Below are positions 1 to 10,329 of a stretch of 43,159 bases of DNA, in pieces. This DNA is from Perkinsus chesapeaki ATCC PRA-425 (lineage: Eukaryota; Protista; Perkinsozoa), in contig JAAPAO010000284.1 of the NCBI GenBank assembly GCA_013115145.1, forward strand, positions 1-43,159, read 5' to 3'. Position numbers and translations under genes: made by a program. The notes beneath the pieces are model-generated. The model was not told where the DNA came from, made no database searches, and saw nothing but the letters and a program-made list of their open reading frames with translations. Each line of letters opens with the position of its first letter. The first letter of the stretch is position 1.

Positions 1-756
1 GATGAGTGAGCAACAGAAACCGCTGCGCGGGGCGAGCGAACACCCCTGTGGCGGACTAGTCGCACCGTGTGCAAACACACGTAGCAATTGGATTGTGCTG
101 CCGCGCCCATGGCGCGGAATATGTGCCAGTGCATGTGGACGCGTGCGTTTATAGAATCCTTCGATATATTTGCCCTAATCAACGTGCATTCATTTTCCTT
201 GAGTGCTCTAGCGTAATCAAAATGACAAGTATCAGCCTGACAACGTCTGTTGAGACGTTCCCCTCCATTCAAGTCCTAAGTTATTGATCCAACGGTAGCC
301 ATTGCGTTATATAAAACATGGTTGGGAATTGAACCACGGACCAAACGCCCGAATCCTCCAACAAGTCCTAACGCGCCTCTTCAGAATCCCAATGCCCTCC
401 TCATCATCAGTCTGTTGTTACAGAACAACTTTTATATACCGTTCATAGACGATGAGCAAACCTGACCGAATAGTTAGCATATGCGCTGTTGAGTTGGTGA
501 AAGGAAAACACTGAGATATGTTTCTGTGTTATGCCCCGCTCCCGAGGAGACTTGCCTGTGTCAGTCTAAGCCTTAGACTCTGAGGCATAACCTCGCTTAT
601 TTATGCATCATTCGGTACGTGGAGCGTTCTGGGACACTGGAAGTAGCCTGCCAACACTGTCGGGCTCCCGTTGGAGGGGACGGTCCCCTAGGGACCTCCC
701 TAAGAAGATGCTGCGACAACTTGCATCACGCAAAATTTATATGAACAATTGTATGT

Positions 757-838
757 GAGTGTTTTCCTGATTAGCTAAGGGGGTGGACTTACGATCCACT
801 GGACATGGTCCGCGTGGGTTAGAACCCCATAGCACTCA
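757..838 (+). pseudogene. Decayed copy of tRNA-Leu(UAA); anticodon now reads TAC
   Basis: Colinear 82-nt copy of 3038-3119. Acceptor and anticodon stems still pair. The D-loop GG is lost (GATTAGCTAA vs GAGTGGTTAA), the T-loop TTCGAAC has become TTAGAAC, and the anticodon TAA has become TAC (790-792). Confidence 0.8.
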
Positions 839-1399
839 TCGCATTAAGGGATACTTGCCTGGCTGTAACATAAGGCCTACCGGGCCGGTTAGCCGCTAGT
901 AACTTCACCAAACACCCAGCGCAGTGCATGCTAGACATCAGGAGCGCATCTCGGTATTTCCACTCGGCCTCGTTAAGCAGCTGTCGGTAGGTGTTTGCCC
1001 ACGTCGTTGAAGTAAATAATGCTGGCATCTGAGAGTCTTGTAACGAAACTGAACCATACTTATCCTCGCCATCGGCGAGTGATAACAAGACGCTCCGTCC
1101 ACACAACTACGGACAATTCTCGAATCCACGCGCATCAACAGCGCACAGTCCTACATCAAGGTGCGCTGTTACGCCTACCACTCACGCTGGGGAAAGAGAA
1201 CAGCGCACTTGAATCGAGAGCCTTGATTCAAGCCATCACATGGCGAACTACGGAACTCTCAATGGTTCTCGGTCCATGACCCCCATGGTAACTGCCACGA
1301 ATGAAGATTATGGCCTGACAAAGGTGCCGAATCGTGCTGAGAGCGCACCGGAGCACTTAGTTTACTGTATGTAATAGTGGCTTCATTCACATCTCAAAT

Positions 1400-2150
1400 T
1401 TGTCTGGAACTTTTAAGTAGACATTCTCGAGATATCTTCACGGGAAACTCTACCTATCACTCTCGGGTGTGATTGAGAAACCTTCTTAGGAGAGCTATTA
1501 GCCAGTGGGAATGGCCTATTCAACTGGACAGTTGCAGCACGCTCCACCCTCCGGAAGGCTCCACAGCCTATTTTTTTTATTGCAAGGCCAACTTCTACCA
1601 CTTTATCAGCGCAGATGCACTCTATCATCCAGATGGTTCTGTTCATCGCGGCTTTAGTCTGTACTGGATTTGAACTAAAGGAACACCCAGGTGAAGATAT
1701 GTAAGACTCGGCAATTGAGATATATAAATATACGACACGGCAATATACTGTAGGCTTGGTATATCTCATATACTGTATCTCAATTAACCTCGACCTATCC
1801 TCTTCGTTTCAGACTCTTCTCTCTTGAACAAGTCTCCACTAACACTGGTACGATCAGCCATGCCTATGCCCCCACTTCAATACATATGATGGTAGGTGGA
1901 AATTACCAAAGACCAAACGGAGCCTGCAAACTGGACGGTGACAAAATAACAGGGTGCGCATGCACTCCGCCTGCAGGTTTCTTGTTCTTTGCGGTAAGGC
2001 CTGACAGCAAGATACTGTGATAATCCTTGCAACTATAGGGTGCAAATTTGATGACTGTATGCGGGAAGAAATGTACCACCGAATCTGGTTGCGCTAAGCC
2101 CCCGAAAGGCATCGCAAAATGCACCTCAAGCATATGTCTACTGTCCTGCA
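1400..2150 (-). mobile_element. Possible highly degenerate non-LTR retrotransposon (APE endonuclease-like) remnant
   Basis: Broken minus-strand frames include 'LVFGNFHLPSYVLKW', which resembles the GDFNxP...W motif of APE domains, preceded by 'IITVSCC'. There is no intact ORF and no recognisable RT motif. Confidence 0.15.
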
Positions 2151-3037
2151 CTACCGACTCTGTAAGCGGGTGCGTGCATTCAAAGATTTGTACCGTATTT
2201 CTTGTAGGAGTGCATCGACGGTGGCATATGCATGAATACTATCCCTGACGGGGATTTCTGCATGTACAGCAGCTGATCTAATGGGAATTGTAGATAGGAT
2301 CCATGTATAGTCGGTGAATATGACAAAGGGTGACGCTTCATTTTATCAGCCGTAGGTTGTCAAGACGACTTGTCCTCATCATTAGCTCGAATTTTCTTAT
2401 CGGCGATTCAAGCTTGTACCTTTTTGTTGAGTTTCACGTTAAGGAACACACCCGCCACAAATAGAGATATTTATACGGCATTATCAGAGGTCCAGTGTGT
2501 AATTGCAACGGAATATGCTCAACCGGTCCTGCATTCCGCGTTGACTGAGCAGCCCGCTAAGGACACCTGGGAGCACATGATAAGCCCCATGTGTCCACTC
2601 TCTACTTCACAAGAGCCCCGAAAATACGTCTTGAACCTACCAAACCCTATTGGGTTCTACACTACTCCACACCTGTAGCACAGGAAGTAGGAAACCCAGA
2701 GCAGGCCGCTCATCGAACATTAGTCGCGAAGACTCCGCTGCGCACGTTGATGCCTTAGCCGAGCGCAGTGGAGCCTGGTTATTGCTTATACGTATGTTAT
2801 GCTCATGCCTATGCATCATCCAGCGAGCAGTTTGCAACTATGTGGAGCTGCCTTGGGTATCCATGGTCGTAGCCTGCCAATAGTATGGGGTATTAGCTTG
2901 AGGAGCGATGCTATACATCGATAAGATGAGTTCGAGACAGCATTTATGCCCCTTTTTCGATGTAGCACCCGAGATCCCCTGTCGGTGTTTGTCCTTAATG
3001 CGAGGAGATCAAGAGTTCGGATACAGAGTGATCATTA

Positions 3038-3119
3038 GAGTGTTTGCCCGAGTGGTTAAGGGGGTGGACTTAAGATCCACTGGACAATGTCCGCGTGGGT
3101 TCGAACCCCACAGCACTCA
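3038..3119 (+). tRNA. tRNA-Leu(UAA)
   Basis: Cloverleaf: acceptor GAGTGTT/AGCACTC+A; D arm CCC-GAGTGGTTAA-GGG; anticodon stem GTGGA/TCCAC with loop CT-TAA-GA (TAA at 3071-3073); long variable arm GGACAATGTCC; T arm GTGGG-TTCGAAC-CCCAC. Confidence 0.95.
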
Positions 3120-3390
3120 TAGTATCTTACGGATCCCATGCTGTCCGTATGATGCAGAGCTTACTTCGTGGGTTCACTACACACCCCGTGACAAAGGTTG
3201 TGCACCATGCCAGCTATCGGTAGTGTTCGACCGCATCGTTGAGGTACAAAATTTCGGCGTCCGATAGTTCACCACTTAAAAACACAGCGCTAGAATATAT
3301 GTAACGGCCGGCAACATTCACTCGCGAGGGAACGAGAAGCATGCATAATAAAACATCATCATAAGACTGGGAATGCTTCATCTCTTCAAG

Positions 3391-4531
3391 CTACGTGCAT
3401 GAGCAAGATGCCAACGGGTTTTTCTTCCCTTTGGTTCGCTGAACGCTTGGAGTCTTACCAATAGCCCCAAGTTGGAAACCTGATCAACAAAGAGCTCAAT
3501 GGATTCAAGAAGCGCTACACCGCTGCATCGCCAGCGACCTAGTAAGTTCACCTCGAGGAGGATTCCCAATCCCTGCAGATGACGTGTGGTGCGTGTCAAC
3601 ACTTGCTGAGTCGAAGCCTGCCCCGGTCCCTGACGCTGCTAGTCTGTTGTGTGTGCCCGTTTTGGAGTACTCGCTCATATCTGGTAATCCAGATTATCAG
3701 GCGCGGTTGGGAATACTAGAAGGGCAAGCCTACCTCTGACACTTTGGTGCCCCCTTCGCGCACCGCCATTAGCCAGGAAGCTCTCACCAAGCGCCAAGAA
3801 TGCATTGTCGATGTTCAGATTAGCACTAACGCACGTTCGATACAACTGATCATCAGAACGGATGCAATCAATGCCGGTATTTTCAGTCAGGATCACTCAC
3901 CGGTACGTGAAGTCTTCGCGCGAGACTTTCTGCCTCCTGTGGTGTGATAACAGCTTGTTCTAGCAAGTCAACCTGGCGATTGATCCTATAAATCCCATAT
4001 GAGTAAAAATGGTACTTTGTTCTGGACAAGTAGCATTGTAATCGCTCCACACTCATCAACAACCTTCTTGTACCATGATTCCACGGCTTCAAATGAAGCT
4101 CTATCGACAGTTGAGAAGGCTATGATAGCAGCACTAGCTCCCTTATAGTAACTACAGTGGCATGCTTTATATACCAACCTCAAACTAAAGCCACCGACCC
4201 TCTAGTAATGGCATCATATTCTTCTTGTCCAGCTGTATCCCACAGAAGGAATGTCAGCTCCTCACCAGCGGATTCTATCCACATACGTTTTTCCAAGAAG
4301 TCCACTGCCAAGGTCTTCTTGTATCTTACGCCAGAATCAGCGTGTTCCCTTTTGAAGACTCCCCTTACTCTTGGGTGAAGACACCCTTCGCAAATCTAGT
4401 AATCATGGAGGTCTTTCCTACTTGACCATTCCCAACAACTATAACCTGATCCCAGTGCTGCTGCTGCCGACATCACTAACACCGTATTGTAATACTACCT
4501 TCATTGAAAGATCAACATCTTCCTCAATCAT
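3391..4531 (-). CDS. RAB23: Rab23 small GTPase (multi-exon)
   Basis: Spliced translation: MIEEDVDLSMK|VIVVGNGQVGKTSMITRFAKGVFTQE|YKKTLAVDFLEK...LWDTAGQEEYDAITRG|YYKGASAAIIAFSTVDRASFEAV...LLVQNK|VDLLEQAVITPQEAESLARRL...LYRTCV, ending in ASCSCT* (prenylation cysteines). Introns are GT-AG. The N-terminus and GNGxVGK(T/S)SMI motif are typical of Rab23. Confidence 0.9.
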
Positions 4532-4712
4532 CACAGTAATGCACTGATTACCAAAATAGCAACTACTCCATCGCCACCAGTCGTACGCCGTCCACTCAGA
4601 ATTGACTAACACAACTGGCTCATCCACGCTAAGTAACGTCATAATTATAAATGGTGCTATTGTACGAGGGATACTTAGTTAAAAGAGCAATTGTTCAAAG
4701 GATTGGCGTGGG

Positions 4713-5495
4713 TCAATACGGGTAGTAGGGAAACTCACCCACTGGCAGTGTGCCTTCAGAGCCGCTCTGAGACTCGCTACTTGAACCTGCAAAATCCACT
4801 GAATTCCGGATCACCCTGTTCCCAGCATTACCTCCTTCATTTCCTTTACCGTGCTTCTTCACATACATCTCCCTTTGCTTTCGCTTGTACAGTTTCAATA
4901 GCCCCTCAACATCCGACTCACCACCTGACTGCGTCTTCTTTGGTTTCCTATCCTCCTTAATGATCCTTTGGATGCACTGGTACTGCCTATACTCCGTGTA
5001 AAGGGAAAATAATACATACCCGCCGAGCAGGTAGGCCAGCCAGGAAGTGCCTCGGCCACCCTCCGCAGGTTTGCCTTCCCAAGCCTGCTGTAGCTCTCTA
5101 CCCTCTCGAGCTACTCTAAGTCGCGGCACGAACCACTCTAGAATTCGCCGCAAAAATCGAATGATGTACGCGCGTACCTATCAGGCTTCCATCAATAGGG
5201 AATAGAAGGGCGCTACCGGTCCTACTCCAGCCAATGGCCCCGTCTGACCGAACCCTAAGACCTCGCTTCCCCAACTTTTGATGACTTGTAGTACCATACG
5301 AAGGCCTTCGAAAACAGCAGCCGACTCGGTAAGAAACCTAACAGTAGCAAATGCAGTTGCTTAGTTCTAGCTGCTAGTGATAGTGCGAGATTCTTGATCA
5401 TCCCTCCGAGCACGAAATATGTCACATATAGCCCGAATCTTTGCGCAATAACTGCTTGACTAGTAAACCCGTGGGGTACCACCATCACTACAGAG
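4713..5495 (-). CDS. Hypothetical membrane protein (probably spliced; boundaries uncertain)
   Basis: A 146-aa ORF has a hydrophobic segment (WLAYLLGGYVLFSLYTEY) followed by a charged region. An upstream ORF has hydrophobic stretches (FGLYVTYFVLGGMIKNL). No family recognised. Confidence 0.35.
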
Positions 5496-5599
5496 GTTTT
5501 TCCAGAGATAAAAACAAGTCTAACTATCACTAAAAAATCATTCCGACAACGCCATTTTACACAAGTTTCAACAAGGCATGTGGGAACTGGTGAACCTAC

Positions 5600-5916
5600 A
5601 ATTCTGATTGACGCCACACCACGGGCTCAATATAGGTATCCAGTAGAGTGCACTGCAACAATTATACCCCTTATTACCTTATTATAGTAGTGAGGTTGAT
5701 CTGTGGATGCATCTCCTTTGGAGGTCCATTGGCTTTACTATCCCCCTCTTGCTGAGCAGCAGCAGCAGTCGGGCCTCCCATTTGCTGTTGTGGCATGCTT
5801 CCCGCTATACCAGGGGTATAGCCGTATCCACCGTACGATGGATATATGCCACCTCCGGCCGCACCCGAATAAGGATAGCCAGTTCCCATCATAGGAAGGT
5901 GGCCTCCACCAAACAT
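5600..5916 (-). CDS. Hypothetical Gly/Tyr/Pro-rich low-complexity protein
   Basis: ORF MFGGGHLPMMGTGYPYSGAAGGGIYPSYGGYGYTPG...QQQMGGPTAAAAQQE has coherent compositional bias. The 3' splice structure is unresolved. Confidence 0.45.
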
Positions 5917-6085
5917 TCCTCAAGACAAGCTGTAGAAGCATCCTAATTAATGAACCAAACGCCAAGCTGGAGGACATAAGATGGAAACGCGGTTGATAGA
6001 ATCAGATAGACTATCTGATGTCACTCTTATTCCAATGATAATAAGCGTCGCTGGTCGTTTGGTGTATATTAAATGGTGTGTGTTT

Positions 6086-7517
6086 TTAGCCCATACGGAC
6101 GATACCCGATGCTATTAGCTTCTCCAAGGCACTAGCAATCTTAGGATCCTTCATGTACTGAAATACAACTTAATATATTCCCCGATATGACCGGCGGTCG
6201 CGGCGGCAAGGAGTATTACCTCCATAGCCTTCTGAGGGTTCTCCTGCATCTGCTGTAGCACTATGTTCATCTGAGGATCCTTCAATATCCTCTGAACCTC
6301 AGGATCCTGCATAGCATGCCTCACAGTCTCCGGATCAGGTGCTCCCTTGGATCGGGCCTGTTCGTTCACCTACGAGCAGTGACACTATAGAGCTTTTAGA
6401 GAGTATACTTCCTACCTTGGCAATAACAGCGGCCTTACCGTCGAGGAGCTCCTTATGGTTGGGATCAATCTCGAGGCCCCTAATACGGAAATTTAAGAGC
6501 GTGACAAGTGCAAGTCAGCCCACTTCTCGTAATCTTCAAGGGCCTTCTTGTAATCCTTCATCATGAAGTGCACTGTTCCCTTACGACTGTATGCCTTCAC
6601 GAATTTGGGATCGATCTGAAGGCATCAAAGTAACCTTCCAGGTATCTTTCACGCTCCAACCTTAAGACATTCATCCAGATCCCGGAGAGCGTCGGGATAG
6701 GCCATCAACTTTGTAAGAGCTGCTGCCCGATTCGAATACAGCTTGGCATCGTTCGGGTTACCTACGACCATTCCACTATGGCTCATGGCAACTGCAAGAT
6801 CCATACGTTTGATAGCCTCATCGTATTCCTTTTTAGCTCCTGCGTAGTCTCCCTGCTTGAAGCAGTCATTACCCTTAACACGATGGATATCAGCCAGCTC
6901 GGGGTCAATGTAAGCCTAAAATCCAAACACTAGAGGGTGCACGACAGACGACACATTCGGTACTACCTCTCTATCATGCTTCTCCTTCAAGTGTTTGCAT
7001 TCATTCAAAGCAGCGCGAGTGTGACGGTTATTGTCCTCAGTAAGTGCCTTTTGATACATTTCAATGGCCTCATCGAACCTGTCCAATACACTGCAAAATA
7101 TACCCTTTAGGCTCAGTGTACTTTTGCATTCGAACGTAACAAGTGGCCATCCTAACATAAGCCTTAGCAACCTTCTCAAAGGAGGCTCCGTCCTTTAGAG
7201 CCTCATTCATCTCATACCTATAACCACATCCACAATGCATCAACCAGCGCCGTGTAGCCTACCGTTTATCAAGGGCATCCTGTAGTAACTTTACACAGTC
7301 CTCGTACTTCTCCTGCTCTACCAACACAGCGGCCTTATTGTTATAATAGACCAAGTCATTAGGCTGCAGCTCGATAGCCTTGTCGTAACATTCAATGGCC
7401 TACAACACATATCTTAACCCTAATAATGCTCCGTACAGATACCTCGTCGAATTTCCGTTGTTTATAGAGGGCGTTGCCCTTGGCCTTTTCGGCATCAGCT
7501 GCTGCGGAATCTCCCAT
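6086..7517 (-). CDS. STI1: STI1/HOP Hsp70-Hsp90 organising co-chaperone, short TPR2A-TPR2B-DP2 form
   Basis: Exons give [25 protein letters not shown]|[26 protein letters not shown]...VAKAYVRMA...[15 protein letters not shown]...[24 protein letters not shown]...[21 protein letters not shown]...[32 protein letters not shown]|[23 protein letters not shown]. Confidence 0.9.
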
Positions 7518-7730
7518 ATTTAGCAACAAAACAATTAATCTACATGAATCGCTCCGTGGCTCACAGTACACTTGTAGAACTCTCCTTGTAAAGACTACTA
7601 GAGGGCAAATCAAGCACAAAGCTGTCCCGGTAGCACAACCAATTTCGAGAAGATATCGATTAGATGGGCGTGCGCCATAGCAGTAGCGCATTTTGTCGGG
7701 TGCCAAGTGCTACCAATTTTTGAATTGAAA
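7518..7730. promoter_or_regulatory. Compact divergent intergenic region (HOP / F-box-ankyrin gene)
   Basis: 213 bp separate head-to-head ATGs at 7517 (-) and 7731 (+). No motif identified. Confidence 0.35.
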
Positions 7731-9128
7731 ATGCTTTCGGACGCCCCTGATGACATATTCTTCTCTATACTGGAGTTCTGTGGTGCTTCTGACCACGCCA
7801 GGCTTATGGCCTGCAATAGGACCATGTTAAGCATCACTACCAACTGCGCTTACAGGCAATTTATCGACCTTCTAGCACCTCCAAAAGATTCTCCCATCAT
7901 CCCTCGGACTCTCGGTGACCTCCTTACCATGGTCGACTTGGCCCGTCGGAGCTCGGACAGTGTCAAGGCCGCTCGAGAGGCCTGCAATCTGGCCGCCTCT
8001 TACGGCCTTACTAAGTTCATTGGTCGAGTTATAGGGAATCCTAAACTCACTATGAAGATTCTATCAGGTGGAGCTCTCTCTCTTGCTGCTAGAGGAGGCC
8101 ATCTGGATACCGTTGAGTTCATCTTGAAAGCTCTCAAGCCTGTAGAAGCCTATGCCTTAGCGAATCCAGCAATACACCCTAGCAAGGCACCTATTCTACC
8201 ACCACTTGCCGAATGCTCTATCAGAGCGGCAGCCATACCGGGAGACGCAAAGGTGGCTTATATAGCTAAGCTGTTGCTGGAGGCTAGGGCAGATGTGATG
8301 GGGCTTCAAGCTGGGGAGGACGGGTGTCCGCTACGGCTTTTGGTACGGAAATGTAAGGAGGCTAACAAGGGAGGCAGCAGCGATGGGTATATTGGGACCG
8401 CTGGGGAGATAATCAGGTTCCTGGCCAACAAGTGTGCTATAGACTACAGGCTACCAGTTATACCTGCAGATGGCCCTAGCATGGAACACTTTAGACTGGT
8501 TGAGGTGGTTACTAAGGCACTGAGCTCTGCCTGCTATTGGGAGGATGATGTACTGGTTAAATGCATTACAGAGGGATTTGCTGTACACAAAGCAGCAAAG
8601 CTGTGGCTCAGGGCAGCTATTAGTGAAGTGCATTCTCAGACTACTAGTGAGACCTTTAATGCTAGTAGTGGGTTCAGGAATGGCACTCAGAGCCGGAGGA
8701 GTCTGCTACTGGAGGGCTCACCCTCCCCACTCTTCCTCGCGGTGACGGCGAGCAGGTCGGATAGAGCAGAAATGATGCTACGCTACATGCTTAAGGTTTG
8801 CGATCCCAATGTAGTGCTGCCATCTGGCAAGAGCCCTTTGTATCTAGCATGTGAGATCGGTGCCTCTAATGGAGTTATAAGGGCTTTGTTACTGGGCGGA
8901 GCGAAGGTCGATACTTGCACCTGTACTGGGCGGAATGCTCTCTTTGCTGCGGTCGAAAAGGGGCATATTGCTGCCGTTGAGACTTTGTGTAGCACTGCAT
9001 GGTGTGTGAATTTGACCCATATTACCCAGAGGACACATGGTGGAGTATCACCCTTCATGTTGGCCGAGAATAAAGGAAGGCTTCAGGTAGTAGGGTCGGG
9101 GGACGGTGGGGTAGGAACTATCGGCTAG
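7731..9128 (+). CDS. F-box-like / ankyrin-repeat protein (3' end may be spliced further)
   Basis: The N-terminus LSDAPDDIFFSILEFCGASDHARLMACNR is F-box-like. Ankyrin repeats include ALSLAARGGHLDTVEFIL, GKSPLYLACEIGASNGVIRALLLGGAKVD, GRNALFAAVEKGHIAAVETL and GVSPFMLAENKG. A likely donor (CAG|GTAGT) lies near 9086. Confidence 0.75.
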   Translation: MLSDAPDDIFFSILEFCGASDHARLMACNRTMLSITTNCAYRQFIDLLAPPKDSPIIPRTLGDLLTMVDLARRSSDSVKAAREACNLAASYGLTKFIGRVIGNPKLTMKILSGGALSLAARGGHLDTVEFILKALKPVEAYALANPAIHPSKAPILPPLAECSIRAAAIPGDAKVAYIAKLLLEARADVMGLQAGEDGCPLRLLVRKCKEANKGGSSDGYIGTAGEIIRFLANKCAIDYRLPVIPADGPSMEHFRLVEVVTKALSSACYWEDDVLVKCITEGFAVHKAAKLWLRAAISEVHSQTTSETFNASSGFRNGTQSRRSLLLEGSPSPLFLAVTASRSDRAEMMLRYMLKVCDPNVVLPSGKSPLYLACEIGASNGVIRALLLGGAKVDTCTCTGRNALFAAVEKGHIAAVETLCSTAWCVNLTHITQRTHGGVSPFMLAENKGRLQVVGSGDGGVGTIG

Positions 9129-9474
9129 TTAAATTGAAAGCGATCATCAACTCATAGATCCTTGTACACTATATCTGGGACAGATCGTAGCTTGCCTCTA
9201 GACAATCCGGAAGGATTTACTCAGACTTAGTTATGACCATCTGCAATATAGTAATATGTTGCATTTTTATAGGATAATACTGCTTTTGAGCTTATTAATG
9301 CTCAAGTATAGAGTATAGCTCGTCCCGGTACTGCCTGTCAGAATGAGTCAGGAAAAACATCCAGTTTTCGTATAGGTGTTCACATAGTTCGCTAATACGA
9401 CGTGAATATAGCTATAGATTGTAAAAGAATAACGGGATCCATCCCTGCTATGTGATCGTTGTTTTTGATTCAGA

Positions 9475-10202
9475 TGATGTTGGCAATGCTTGAGGCTTAC
9501 TCACGGGAGGCTCGGCGAGCCCTGGACCTACTAGGGGATGGCTGTGGTGTGTCGTTTGGCAAGCTGGCATTCTCAGTCACCCATCCATACCTCAATAAAA
9601 TGTGTGATAAGTACCGTGCTAAGCTGGAAGCGAGGGCAGAGGCACGTCTGATTCGGGGGTGCCGAGAAGTGCCCAGATTGAAGCCCAGGCCTCAGTCGGC
9701 TGCACCGTGCACCAGAGAGAAGTCTTTGACACCGAGGAGAACTTTGCAGAGGCCTTTGTTGACACCACGAGCAGCTGAAGAGCCGGCGAAAGTATCGGTG
9801 GCGGCTTCGAGATACATGGAAGTACACCAAAAGGCACCTGAGGAGAATCGAGTGTCTGTGAGGATGCTGGAGGTCAGAGAGCCCGAGAGAATCCCCGATG
9901 AGCTACGCACTAGTGGGATTAGGCTGGAGTCACGTTACCTTCATTCGCTGCTGGTGAGGAGCCGAGCGAATTCATTGGCGAGGAAGCGAAGGGTGAAGCG
10001 AGTAACGGAAGCATCATACGGGGGTGCTGTACATTGTAACTTTTTGAGGAGAGGAGCAGGCGCTGGTAAGACACCGAAGCTCCGCTCTAGGAGTGTTACT
10101 CGCCGAGAAGAAGGGGTCGGCCAAGTTGGGGGAAGAGGACCAGACTACGAGGAAGTTGATAGAATAGCAGAGTTCTTGGATGGATATTTTGGGCTCAGAT
10201 GA
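9475..10202 (+). CDS. Hypothetical basic, Arg-rich protein (possibly the last exon of a longer gene)
   Basis: A 247-aa open frame with protein-like composition; no family recognised. Confidence 0.5.
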
Positions 10203-10329
10203 GCCCCGTTGTTTAGTAATTGGAATGAAGCCACCCATGAATATGGACGTCGATGTTGTTACCGAAGATGACCAGTAGCGTTGTCAATTCTGGACGGAAA
10301 CCTGGTCGGTGTTGCTTGCCTTCTGAGAC

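Noticed and set aside
291-310. CGGTAGCCATT resembling the Perkinsus/dinoflagellate spliced leader
   Set aside because: Only the 8-nt core GTAGCCAT matches and the rest diverges; this is expected by chance.
315-345. Minus-strand B-box-like GGTTCAATTCC suggesting a tRNA or SINE
   Set aside because: The T-stem does not pair (CGTGG vs CCCAA), and no acceptor stem or anticodon arm can be built.
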